Of a DNA stretch of 64,000 nucleotides, positions 1 through 9,312 are shown in pieces. Under the pieces are notes generated by a model. It worked only from the letters and a program-made list of their open reading frames with translations, made no database searches and was not told the origin of the DNA. Numbering within the stretch: the stretch's first letter is position 1; every line of letters begins with the position of its first letter. The stretch lies in the IMG/VR virus record IMGVR_UViG_3300020450_000008; one strand, given 5' to 3'. The translations under genes and the position numbers were made by a program. This stretch comes from a virus. Taxonomy: Duplodnaviria > Caudoviricetes.

Positions 1-29
1 GAAATGAAACATTTGGAGTTCTTGCATGA
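1..29 (+). CDS. 3' end of an upstream gene (partial, ...NETFGVLA*)
   Basis: Frame 3 is open from the window edge to TGA at 27-29, which overlaps the next ATG (ATGA), the coupling pattern used throughout this region. Confidence 0.4.
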
Positions 30-940
30 AATCACTATATTCAGAATATGCCCCTAATGATATATGTTGGTTTGTTGGAAAAGTCATCAGTAATACAGAT
101 CCTTTAAGACTTGGTCGGGTACAAGTAAGAGTTTTTGGAGTTCATAGTCATGATTTGGCAGAACTTCCTACTTCAGATCTTCCTTGGGCAAATGTTATGA
201 AAAGTGATGGTGGCACATCAGGTCTTGGATCTTTCATTCCCATGCAACCAGGTGCTTTTGTTTTTGGAGTATTTTTAGATGGTCAACATAAACAAATACC
301 TTTTGTTTTAGGAACAACAGAAACTGTTCAAGGCGTTTCAGGAATACAAAGAGATGATCCAAAATACGAAAATCTTGCGATGGAAATAAAGAGAAAGATA
401 GAGTCAAAAAGTCAGGCGTCAGATCCTGTAATATCAAACACTCCTACAGATGGAAAGACGTTAGATAATATTAATTCAACATTAGATGGTGGAGATAACG
501 CTGAAAAAATATTTAATTTCTTTACTTCAAATGGTTTTATACCTGAACAAGCTGTAGGATTCTTAGGAAACTTTTTTGCTGAGTCGAGATACGATCCAGG
601 AGCACTAAATCCTAATGATGTTGGAAAACCAGCTTTTGGTCTTGCTCAATGGAGAGCAGATAGGCTCGATGGATTGAAAGAGTTTTCATCAGCAAGAAGT
701 TTAGATTTTAAGAGTTTGCCTGCTCAATTAGAATGGACCGTTTATGAATTAAAAAACAAAGAAAGAAGAGCTGGAGGAAAGATAGCAGATGCAACAACAG
801 TTTTTGGTGCTACACTTGCAGTGTGTAGATTTTATGAAAGACCATCATACAGAATTGTAGATGGTAAATACACATCGCCATCTCTTGATTTAAGAATATC
901 AAAAGCAAAAGAAGAGTTTGAAAGGTTGGCAGTGGCATGA
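26..940 (+). CDS. gp5: Baseplate hub gp5 N-terminal OB-fold fused to a phage tail lysozyme (Phage_lysozyme2-like) domain
   Basis: N-term WFVGKV..TDPLRLGRVQVRVFGVH...LPWA is the gp5/VgrG OB-fold motif; C-term IFNFFTSNG..EQAVGFLGNFFAES..DP....GLAQW...R....QLEW..YEL is the tail-lysozyme signature with catalytic Glu in AES. Confidence 0.9.
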   Translation: MKSLYSEYAPNDICWFVGKVISNTDPLRLGRVQVRVFGVHSHDLAELPTSDLPWANVMKSDGGTSGLGSFIPMQPGAFVFGVFLDGQHKQIPFVLGTTETVQGVSGIQRDDPKYENLAMEIKRKIESKSQASDPVISNTPTDGKTLDNINSTLDGGDNAEKIFNFFTSNGFIPEQAVGFLGNFFAESRYDPGALNPNDVGKPAFGLAQWRADRLDGLKEFSSARSLDFKSLPAQLEWTVYELKNKERRAGGKIADATTVFGATLAVCRFYERPSYRIVDGKYTSPSLDLRISKAKEEFERLAVA

Positions 941-2490
941 GTAATTTTAACAAAGTACCTCTAAATAAAGTAAACACCACTCTCAAAAGAATTCCAATCA
1001 TAGGAGAGTTTAGTAAGAATGTTGGTCAAATAGATCAAGACGCGCTAAAATATTCAGCAACTCAAGGAACAATATTAGGATCTGAAATCAATGAAGTAAT
1101 TGGAGGTGTAAAAGCTCTTACACAATCAGATATATATCCTGATAAAGCTAATGGTGTTTCAAATCCAGCAATTGGTTTAGTTGAAGACTTAAGTATTTAC
1201 AAAGGTAATACTCAAAACGTTGAAGAAGTAGAAGCCGCCGAACTTGAGCCACTCAATAAATTATTTTCAAGTGAGTTTGCAAAAGCAGGTTGGATGGAAG
1301 CAAAAATTATTTTAGGTACACCTCAGGCAATTAAAAATAATTTCTTTGCACTAAGAAATGAAGATCCAACACCTGATTATTTAGAGCAGTTTAGTCCAAG
1401 TAATTTAAAAGCCTTTGTTGCCGAAGGAACTGGAGCGATGTCGCCCACTCAAGACTATAAGAATCAGATAAGTGGAGCGACTTCTGGAATTAAATTATCA
1501 ACTGCTAATATATCTAAAGCAACAAATGATATACTAGGAAATAAAAATGCTGGTGTAACTCAAAGAGCAACACTATCAACTCAAAATTATCTTGAAGAAT
1601 TTTTAAAAAATGTTTCGAAAGACAGCTTAACTGAACAAGAAGTAGATAAATCTGTTGATTTAATACTCGATGGTAAGAATAGTGAAGTGATTGATATTAT
1701 AAGCAATGCAGCTAAAAGAAAGGGTGTAACTTTAGATATATCAGAAGTTGAGAATCAAGTAACTAATGTTAATTCATCAATGTTTAATTCAGTATCTGTA
1801 TTACCAAAAGGCGCAAAATCGCCTACAAGGCAGACAAAAAATCTCGCGACATTAGGAAATGATTGGTCTGGATCAGGCACTTCACAATCATATACCTTTG
1901 AAAGAGTTCATAGCGTTGAAGAACTTGCAGCAGAATTTAAATCTATAACAAGAGAAATAACTGAAACAATTGTTCATTGGACTGCGCATTTTAATGATCA
2001 AGGTCATATTGGTGCTAGAGATATTCATAAGATAGGAGTTAATAGAGGTTTCAATGGATGTAGTTATCATTATGTAATTAAAAGAAATGGTGATATAGAA
2101 AGAGGAAGACCTGTTAATATTAGAGGAGCTCATGCAAAAGCTGCAGGTCATAATAAATTCAGTATAGGAGTGGCATTTGTTGCTGGATATAACTGTCCAT
2201 CTGGTACAAGAAGTCCTAATAGATTTATAAGTGCTGATTCAATCACACCAGCGCAGTTTAAAGCTTTAGAACAATATTTAAAAGCTTTCTTTATGGTATT
2301 TCCAGGCGGGCAAGTATTTGGTCATATGGATTTTGATCCAAATAAACCAGATCCAGGTTTTGATCTCAATGGTTATATTCAAGCAAAATTCAATAGATCA
2401 AATGTCATAAATCCAAATCAAGGTCCAGCAAGTCCTACACAAATAGCGAGCATTCTTGCTGAAACCACACAAGGAGAAAATATAGGATGA
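937..2490 (+). CDS. Baseplate-associated protein with C-terminal N-acetylmuramoyl-L-alanine amidase (Amidase_2, T7-lysozyme-like)
   Basis: TIVHWTA...YHYVIKRNGDIERGRP....GAH....NKFSIGVAFVAG...QFKAL...VFGHMD...KPDPGFD retains the Zn-ligand pattern (H, H, D); ATGA-coupled to both neighbours. Confidence 0.85.
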   Translation: MSNFNKVPLNKVNTTLKRIPIIGEFSKNVGQIDQDALKYSATQGTILGSEINEVIGGVKALTQSDIYPDKANGVSNPAIGLVEDLSIYKGNTQNVEEVEAAELEPLNKLFSSEFAKAGWMEAKIILGTPQAIKNNFFALRNEDPTPDYLEQFSPSNLKAFVAEGTGAMSPTQDYKNQISGATSGIKLSTANISKATNDILGNKNAGVTQRATLSTQNYLEEFLKNVSKDSLTEQEVDKSVDLILDGKNSEVIDIISNAAKRKGVTLDISEVENQVTNVNSSMFNSVSVLPKGAKSPTRQTKNLATLGNDWSGSGTSQSYTFERVHSVEELAAEFKSITREITETIVHWTAHFNDQGHIGARDIHKIGVNRGFNGCSYHYVIKRNGDIERGRPVNIRGAHAKAAGHNKFSIGVAFVAGYNCPSGTRSPNRFISADSITPAQFKALEQYLKAFFMVFPGGQVFGHMDFDPNKPDPGFDLNGYIQAKFNRSNVINPNQGPASPTQIASILAETTQGENIG

Positions 2491-4508
2491 CCGAGGTAAA
2501 TAACGATCTCGAAGATCGTATAAAGAAACAAGGCGAGGCTAATGTTTTAGGAGAAGGTAAGGGTCAAGATGCTTTTTCTGATCCTAGTGGATTATATCCA
2601 AAAACAGATTATCATGGTCAACCATCTTTAAATAAAGTTGCAAGAGGAGAAGGTGTTAACGAACTCGATGCAAGAAATGGTATACCTAATGTCAATACAA
2701 GTGCTAGTCAAAGAGTAACTACACAATATCCTATGGCTTCAACAAATGAGTCTGTATCTGGCCATATTATTGAAATAAATGATACTCCAGGTGGAGAAAG
2801 AATATTAATAAAACATAACACAGGTGCTGGCGTTGATATAAGACCAGACGGTACTATTGTGGTAAATGCCAAAAGTAATAGAGTTGAAATAGTTGATGGT
2901 GATATGCGAATGGCAGTTGAAGGTGATGGCAACATTTCATATTATGGAAACTTAAACATGAATGTATCTGGAGATTACAATCTAACTGTAGGCGGCGATT
3001 ATAACGTAAATGTTAATGGAAACTTTATTTTAAACGTAATACAATCCTTTAAAACTAAGGTTGTAGGAATAATGTCTGAGGTGGTGCAAAAATCGAAAGA
3101 CGTAAGGATATTAGGTCAAGCAACATATACACAATTAGGAAATGTACATAATATAATAAAAGGTAAGATGCAACAGCTAGTTCAAGGCAAGGCCGATTTT
3201 AATTATGGGGATGCTATGTTAACATCAGCTGAAAAAGAAATCAGCATGACCACACCAAAAATGAACTTGGGCGCTACAAACATGTCAGTTGTTGGAGCAT
3301 CAGGAACTTTTGGTGGAGAAAATATTATTTCATATGCTAAAAATATGTATTTAGGAAATACTTTGCACGCTAAAACAACGACAACTAATGCTTCATATGC
3401 AACTACATTTCATGGTTCTTTAAATGGAACAGCAAAAGATGCAGTTAAATCCTCTGTTTCTGGTGGTATTGGCGTAGTTCAAATTCCACCTGTCAATATT
3501 GATAATACGCAAAATGATGATACAGATACTCATAAAGCAACTGCGGGAGATATGTCAAATCTTTTAAACAAAACAGAGATGGGTGTCAAAGATGTTGAGA
3601 TAGATTCAAAAGATGAGATTAAAAACTTTTATGATAAGACTGTAACTAGTGGTGGAATTACCGATAGAAGTTTAAATACAAGAGAAATAAGATCAAAGTT
3701 AAAAGATACCAATAATAAAACTAATATTGAATTTATTGCAGACAGAATGGGCAGTGGATTGCTATCAGGTAGTTCAACAAATGCTGTTCCAGGAAAGATT
3801 GGAAGGGTTAGAGGAAAACAAACAACAGCAAGAATAGGACAAGATATTATCGGATCTGAAGGTATATCACTGCTTAAAAATAAGTATAAACCTTCTGATG
3901 CATCTGCAAAACCACGATCATATACTTTTCCAGTTGAAGCGCAATTTAATCCTGAAAATCAGTCTTTCATAACTGTTAACACACCATTAGCAAAAGGAGT
4001 TACGATATCAAAATTTACTGGTGGTGTAGGATCAAAAGTAAATTTAAACCATATAACAAATGCTGATGATAGAAAACAACTTGCCAGAAACTTATATGTT
4101 CAAGCTCAGGTAATAAAAAGTTTTTATTCAATAGGAGCATTAAAAAAATACAATATAGTGGTTGCAGAAGGAATATATGTAAAAGGTCCTGGAGAAACTA
4201 CTAGTGCTTTTAATAAGTTAGCTGAAACAGGACAGGCTGTAGCTTATGAAGTATATTCAACAGATGGAACTATTGCTTTAGATAAACTTTTTGATTTTGC
4301 TGAAATATTAAAAGATACTTTTAATTATGATAAGTTAGAATTAAGTTATGACACTTATGATCCAAGCGGTAGTTTACATGGACAATTATTAGTTGAGATT
4401 CCAAAAATGCCGTCTTCATTTAATGCATCATTTTCTATGAATATTGGTACATCATTTAATGGTGATGTCCAAAGTAATTCTGATTTGATGGAAATATTAG
4501 AAGAGTGA
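2487..4508 (+). CDS. gp5: gp5 C-terminal part (beta-helix needle) with a C-terminal degenerate peptidase M15-like domain
   Basis: ESVSGHIIEINDTPGGERILIKHNTG and V.GD..L.V.G.YN repeats match gp5-C; the C-term resembles the M15A fold without its catalytic residues. Confidence 0.8.
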   Translation: MTEVNNDLEDRIKKQGEANVLGEGKGQDAFSDPSGLYPKTDYHGQPSLNKVARGEGVNELDARNGIPNVNTSASQRVTTQYPMASTNESVSGHIIEINDTPGGERILIKHNTGAGVDIRPDGTIVVNAKSNRVEIVDGDMRMAVEGDGNISYYGNLNMNVSGDYNLTVGGDYNVNVNGNFILNVIQSFKTKVVGIMSEVVQKSKDVRILGQATYTQLGNVHNIIKGKMQQLVQGKADFNYGDAMLTSAEKEISMTTPKMNLGATNMSVVGASGTFGGENIISYAKNMYLGNTLHAKTTTTNASYATTFHGSLNGTAKDAVKSSVSGGIGVVQIPPVNIDNTQNDDTDTHKATAGDMSNLLNKTEMGVKDVEIDSKDEIKNFYDKTVTSGGITDRSLNTREIRSKLKDTNNKTNIEFIADRMGSGLLSGSSTNAVPGKIGRVRGKQTTARIGQDIIGSEGISLLKNKYKPSDASAKPRSYTFPVEAQFNPENQSFITVNTPLAKGVTISKFTGGVGSKVNLNHITNADDRKQLARNLYVQAQVIKSFYSIGALKKYNIVVAEGIYVKGPGETTSAFNKLAETGQAVAYEVYSTDGTIALDKLFDFAEILKDTFNYDKLELSYDTYDPSGSLHGQLLVEIPKMPSSFNASFSMNIGTSFNGDVQSNSDLMEILEE

Positions 4509-4516
4509 TATAAATA
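4509..4516 (+). promoter_or_regulatory. T4-type late promoter
   Basis: Exact TATAAATA in the short intergenic gap upstream of gp25. Confidence 0.8.
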
Positions 4517-4533
4517 GACCAAAGGATATTTAA

Positions 4534-4992
4534 ATGGTAACAAGCGCAGTTTCTAAAGAAGATGGTAATCAAAGTTCATCTATTATTGGTTCATCAATAA
4601 GGAAGAACTCTGATATTGATTTGCTGTTCACTCCAAAAAGAAGCACTGTATCTGGAGAAACAGGAGATATTTTTAAAAAAATAGACGCTGCAGCTGTAAA
4701 ACAGTCTGTAAAAAATATTATAATGACAAATCACTTTGAAAAACCGTTTAGTCCTCTGTTTGGCGGAAATGTTTCCGCGCAGCTCTTTGAACTTGCTGAC
4801 AATGATCTGGCAGAAGATCTTAAAGATGATATTGAGGAAGCTATTAATAATTATGAACCTAGAGCAAAAGTTCAAAAAGTTGAGGTTAATTATCAGCCTA
4901 ATCTAAATTCTGTTTCTGTAAGAATAGAATTTCAAGTTGTTAATTTAAATCAAACAGAAGTTATAGAAACAACAATAGCAAGGTTAAGATAA
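4534..4992 (+). CDS. gp25: Baseplate wedge subunit gp25
   Basis: DIDLLFTP...D..AVKQSVKNIIMTN..EKPF.P.FG.N....LFE....I...INNYEPRA.V..V. Confidence 0.92.
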   Translation: MVTSAVSKEDGNQSSSIIGSSIRKNSDIDLLFTPKRSTVSGETGDIFKKIDAAAVKQSVKNIIMTNHFEKPFSPLFGGNVSAQLFELADNDLAEDLKDDIEEAINNYEPRAKVQKVEVNYQPNLNSVSVRIEFQVVNLNQTEVIETTIARLR

Positions 4993-6836
4993 TGGCAACA
5001 AATATTTCATCAACAGCTTTAGATTTTATTAATATAAAAGAAAAGCTTAAAACTTATTTAGCAGCAAAAAGTGAATTTGCTGATTATGATTTTGAGGGAT
5101 CTGGTTTGTCGAATATTTTAGATGTTTTAGCGTATAATACACATTTTAATGGTATAGTTGCAAACATGGCTTTAAATGAAGCTTTTATACATACAGCTCA
5201 ATTAAGATCTTCTCTAGTTTCTCATGCTGAATCATTAGGTTTCAATATAAGATCTAAAACTTCAGCTCAAGCAAAATTTACAGCAACTTTAAATTTAAAC
5301 GGAGTTGCCGGTAGAGCTGCTTCGTATACTTTGCCAATAAATTCAGTCATAAGTGGATTTAATGAAGAAGGAACTTTTTCTTTTTTGACTCAAGAAGTTT
5401 ATACCGCGACAGATGATGGTGCTGGATTATATACGTTCAAAGATGCTGATGGAGTTGCTACAGTTACAGCTTTTGAAGGAAGCACTCAAACCAAAACATT
5501 TTTTGTAGGACAAAAAACTGATAGGCAAATATTTGTTATATCAGATGAGAATATTGATACTACAACTGCAGTAGTAAAAGTATTTCCAGATACTACATCA
5601 ACAGCTTTTGTAGAATTTACACCTTTAGAAAAAGCAATAAAAGTAGATTCTAATTCTACTTATTACACTTTAAGAGAAACACCTAATGGTGGATATGAAT
5701 TAAACTTTGGAGATGGAGTTACATTTGGAAAGGCTCCAGAAGCAGGAAGTAAGATAGTGGTAACTTACTTAAGATCAAATGGCCCTTTAGCAAATGATTG
5801 TAAACAATTCACAACTTCAATCGTATATCAAATCAATGCTGCTAATTATTCACTTAATATTGTTCCTACAACAACATCTGTAGGTGGCGGAGAAAAACAA
5901 TCCATAGAATCAATAAGACAATTAGCACCTTCGGCTTTTGCAACACAACAAAGACTTGTTACTTCTGAAGATTATAGAGCTACAATTGCTGCTAATTTTC
6001 CAACAGTATCAGACGTTTCAGTCTGGGGAGGTGAAGATAATATTCCAGTTGATTACGGAAAAGCATATATAAGTCTGACATTCAATGATGGATTAACTGA
6101 AGCATCAAAGACAATAATAAGAAATCAAATTAAAGAAAATTTTTCTGACAATCTTTCAGTTATGTCAATAACTCCTGAGTTTGTTGATCCAGCTGTGTGC
6201 AGAATAGAGATGATTGTATCATTTGCCTTTAATCCAGATTTGACAGGTTCGACAAGTACTGCATTGGAAGACAGAGCCCGTCAAGGTGTAAGAGATTATT
6301 TTACAACAATTAGTGGCTTTGGCAAAACATTTAGAAGATCAAACGTTCTTACTGATATAGACGAGTTAAGTGCTGCAGTGCTAAATTCCTCAATGATAAT
6401 AAAGTTACAGATGAGACTAGAACCCGTGTTAAATGCTGCAGGAAGTTATTCAATAGTTTATCCTGTTAAATTAGCTATACCAGATGATGTTAATCATATA
6501 GTTGAATCATCACTTTTTGAACATAGTGAAGCTGATGGAATTTGTAAAATTGTGAATCAATTAGGAACTAATGTTTTACAAATCGTAAATGTTTCAGATA
6601 ATAATGCAGTTGTAGTTGGTAATATAGGATCATACAGTAGTTCTTCAGGCGAAATAAAATTAGATAATTTTACGCCTACCACTATTCTTAGTGGAGATAA
6701 TTTTATTAAATTTTCTGCAACACCCGCAGATCAAACAACAGTCAAGGCTTTGAGAAACTTTACTTTTGAAATAGATGAAGATAAGTTTACAGTCGGAGCT
6801 ATAATAGATAGGGAAGATGTAAGAGTAACGCTATAA
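4992..6836 (+). CDS. gp6: Baseplate wedge subunit gp6
   Basis: LDF..IK..LK.YL....EF.DYDFEGSGLS.ILDVLAYNTH......NM..NE.F..TAQLRSS.VSHA..LG and APSAFATQQRLVT.EDY; 614 aa. Confidence 0.95.
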   Translation: MATNISSTALDFINIKEKLKTYLAAKSEFADYDFEGSGLSNILDVLAYNTHFNGIVANMALNEAFIHTAQLRSSLVSHAESLGFNIRSKTSAQAKFTATLNLNGVAGRAASYTLPINSVISGFNEEGTFSFLTQEVYTATDDGAGLYTFKDADGVATVTAFEGSTQTKTFFVGQKTDRQIFVISDENIDTTTAVVKVFPDTTSTAFVEFTPLEKAIKVDSNSTYYTLRETPNGGYELNFGDGVTFGKAPEAGSKIVVTYLRSNGPLANDCKQFTTSIVYQINAANYSLNIVPTTTSVGGGEKQSIESIRQLAPSAFATQQRLVTSEDYRATIAANFPTVSDVSVWGGEDNIPVDYGKAYISLTFNDGLTEASKTIIRNQIKENFSDNLSVMSITPEFVDPAVCRIEMIVSFAFNPDLTGSTSTALEDRARQGVRDYFTTISGFGKTFRRSNVLTDIDELSAAVLNSSMIIKLQMRLEPVLNAAGSYSIVYPVKLAIPDDVNHIVESSLFEHSEADGICKIVNQLGTNVLQIVNVSDNNAVVVGNIGSYSSSSGEIKLDNFTPTTILSGDNFIKFSATPADQTTVKALRNFTFEIDEDKFTVGAIIDREDVRVTL

Positions 6837-7918
6837 TGGCTCAACAAACTTTAACAGATTATGATCGCTTAGAAATAAGCTTTAAAAGGAATCTTGTAAG
6901 AGAAGTTCTTCCTGAATATTTTGCAGGTGAATATCCTAATATAATAACTTTTTTAGAAGGTTATTATGATTTCTTAGACAGTGCAGATAACTTTGGTGAT
7001 ATGATAAATGATTTATACACCATAAGAGATATTGAAGCTTCCTCACTTTTACATTTAGATAATATGTTTAAAGAATATGCTTTAGGAATGTCTCAAGATT
7101 TCTTTAAAAAACCTAGAGAAATATTAAGAAACTTTGCAAGATTCTTTAGAGTAAAAGGATCCAAGTATTCAGCTGAAGGTTTCTTTAGAGGATTTTTTGG
7201 TGAAGATATTGAAGTATCATATCCTAAAACAGATATATTTACTTTAAATGATTCTTCGCATGAGATAGGATCTCATAGTGTTAGTGTATTACAAGATGGA
7301 GAAGCATTTCAAATTTTATCAATTATGATAAAATCACCCTTGTCATTTAATAGATGGGGTGAGTTATATAAAAAGTTTGTACATCCAGTAGGATTCTTTT
7401 TATCGAATGAAGTATTGATAACAGCACAGAATGTAAGTACATTTAGTGCTCTTGGCGCGATATTTGATTCAACTAAAGGTGCTGATCTTCCATTACTTGT
7501 ATTTGATGAAATAACTGGTGTAATTGCCAATCCTTTTGCTGATACAACTATTATGGAGTTAATGGGTGCAACATCATACATACTGGACGGTGCAGGACGT
7601 GAAGTTAATTTTCCAACTACCAATGGAACATATACTGCACTTAGAACTCCAGCCTTTGGTTTAAATGATTCAACGATAAGTTATACTTCACATGATCCAG
7701 GAAGTAATACCGTATTTAATGTAAGATTGGATCCAGATGAGACGATAAGAAAATATAAAGACTTTTCAGTGGATAGTTTAGATACAACGTATGCATCTTT
7801 ATTTGAAATAGGAAAGGCAAGTAGTCCAAAATTTGATAGAGATTCTATTGATGGTGCTACAATTAGAATGTCAAATACAATTGAAAGATTTGACGAAGCT
7901 ACCTATGATTCTCACTGA
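6836..7918 (+). CDS. gp7: Baseplate wedge gp7-like protein (short form)
   Basis: Lies between gp6 and gp8; VREVLPEYF...YP....FLE.YYDFL, KGSKYS...FFR.FFGE...V.YPK..I and VHPVGF motifs; much shorter than T4 gp7. Confidence 0.65.
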   Translation: MAQQTLTDYDRLEISFKRNLVREVLPEYFAGEYPNIITFLEGYYDFLDSADNFGDMINDLYTIRDIEASSLLHLDNMFKEYALGMSQDFFKKPREILRNFARFFRVKGSKYSAEGFFRGFFGEDIEVSYPKTDIFTLNDSSHEIGSHSVSVLQDGEAFQILSIMIKSPLSFNRWGELYKKFVHPVGFFLSNEVLITAQNVSTFSALGAIFDSTKGADLPLLVFDEITGVIANPFADTTIMELMGATSYILDGAGREVNFPTTNGTYTALRTPAFGLNDSTISYTSHDPGSNTVFNVRLDPDETIRKYKDFSVDSLDTTYASLFEIGKASSPKFDRDSIDGATIRMSNTIERFDEATYDSH

Positions 7919-7925
7919 AAAAAGA

Positions 7926-7933
7926 TATAAATA
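7926..7933 (+). promoter_or_regulatory. T4-type late promoter
   Basis: Exact TATAAATA in the gp7-gp8 intergenic gap. Confidence 0.8.
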
Positions 7934-7958
7934 AACAAAAAAGAAATGGGAAAACGAT

Positions 7959-9302
7959 ATGGCCGCTATATTAACTGACAGATTAAAATTAAAAATAGTC
8001 GATGATATAGTTAAGATATTTGAGGATACTACAAATCCTGCTTACATCGGGTTTGCAAGATCTGAGCAATGGGATAGTACTGATACTGCACCTGCACCTC
8101 TTGCAAGCTTAAATGATGAAAGAAATTTTAATTATAGTCTACAATCAATAAAAAGAATTTCAGCCGTATCGACTGTTGTACCTCGAGTCAATTGGACTAA
8201 TGGAACAATATATCATCAATGGGACGATAAAACAGTAGGATATGGTACTAATTCATTCTATGTATTAACTGAAAATTTTAGTGTGTATATATGTTTAAGA
8301 TCTGGAAGGAATGCTGCAGGTCAATTAGTTCCTTCTACAGTTCAACCTACAGGATCTAATAACGATCCTTTTGTAACAGCCGATGGATATGTTTGGAAAT
8401 TTTTGTATACAATCAGTGAGATTGAAGCAAGAAGGTTTATGACTGCTGGATTCATGCCAACTAAAGTTGTAACTTCTACAGATTCAAACGCTACAGGAAT
8501 AGAATTAAAACAAGAAGAAATACAAAATACTGCTGATCCCAGAAGAATAACATCAGTAGTAGTAGAAAATGGTGGTACTGGCTACACATCAGCTCCTAAT
8601 ATTTTTATAAGAGGTGATGGTGACAGTAACTTTTCTTTAACTGCAACTATCAATGGTGGAGTAGTTACTAAAATAGAATTTGATGCTGATTCATCTACGT
8701 TAAAATACGCGGCTGGTTATACAAAAGCTACGGTTGACATAATTGGCGGCGGTGGATCCGGAGCAAAAGCTCGTGCAATTATAGGACCTGCTGAAGGATT
8801 TGGTAAGAATTCTAAATTAGATCTTAAAACTAGCGCATTAGTACTTCACTCTAAAGTTGAAGGAGCTGATAGTGATTTTATTTTAGGCAATGATTTCAGA
8901 CAAATTGGTATTTTGAGTCATGCTAAAAAGATTGGAAGTGATTCTACTTTTACTGCTCTTACTGGTTTAGTTTTAAATCACATGACCTTATCGGCGACAA
9001 GTCAAGTATTTTCAGCTGATAAGAAAATAGTAGGTGCGACTTCAGGTGCTAAAGCCTTTATAGATAAAGTAGATTCCAATTTAATTTTCTTTCATCAAAC
9101 TTCAGAAACTGGATTTAATTCTTTTTCAGCTGGTGAAACACTTACAGAAAGCAATGGAACAGGTAATGGTGTTATTGGTACTCCACTTATCAAAGGTGAA
9201 GTAGAACCACATTCGCATCAGTTGCTATATCTAAATAATAGAGGCGCGATTGAAAGATCTGCAACTCAGTCTGAAGACATAAAAATTATTATACAATTAT
9301 AA
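7959..9302 (+). CDS. gp8: Baseplate wedge subunit gp8
   Basis: YIGFARSEQW...P.P; VVPRVNWTNGTIY..WDD....YVLTENF.VY.CL; DGYVWKFLYTI; DFRQIGI; LLYLNNR..I.RS..Q.EDIKIIIQL. Confidence 0.93.
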   Translation: MAAILTDRLKLKIVDDIVKIFEDTTNPAYIGFARSEQWDSTDTAPAPLASLNDERNFNYSLQSIKRISAVSTVVPRVNWTNGTIYHQWDDKTVGYGTNSFYVLTENFSVYICLRSGRNAAGQLVPSTVQPTGSNNDPFVTADGYVWKFLYTISEIEARRFMTAGFMPTKVVTSTDSNATGIELKQEEIQNTADPRRITSVVVENGGTGYTSAPNIFIRGDGDSNFSLTATINGGVVTKIEFDADSSTLKYAAGYTKATVDIIGGGGSGAKARAIIGPAEGFGKNSKLDLKTSALVLHSKVEGADSDFILGNDFRQIGILSHAKKIGSDSTFTALTGLVLNHMTLSATSQVFSADKKIVGATSGAKAFIDKVDSNLIFFHQTSETGFNSFSAGETLTESNGTGNGVIGTPLIKGEVEPHSHQLLYLNNRGAIERSATQSEDIKIIIQL

Positions 9303-9312
9303 AGGTTAGTTC

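Noticed and set aside
26-4508. Sequencing frameshifts or pseudogenisation explaining the split gp5
   Set aside because: Both junctions are ATGA stop/start overlaps between complete domains, the same coupling seen elsewhere in the window
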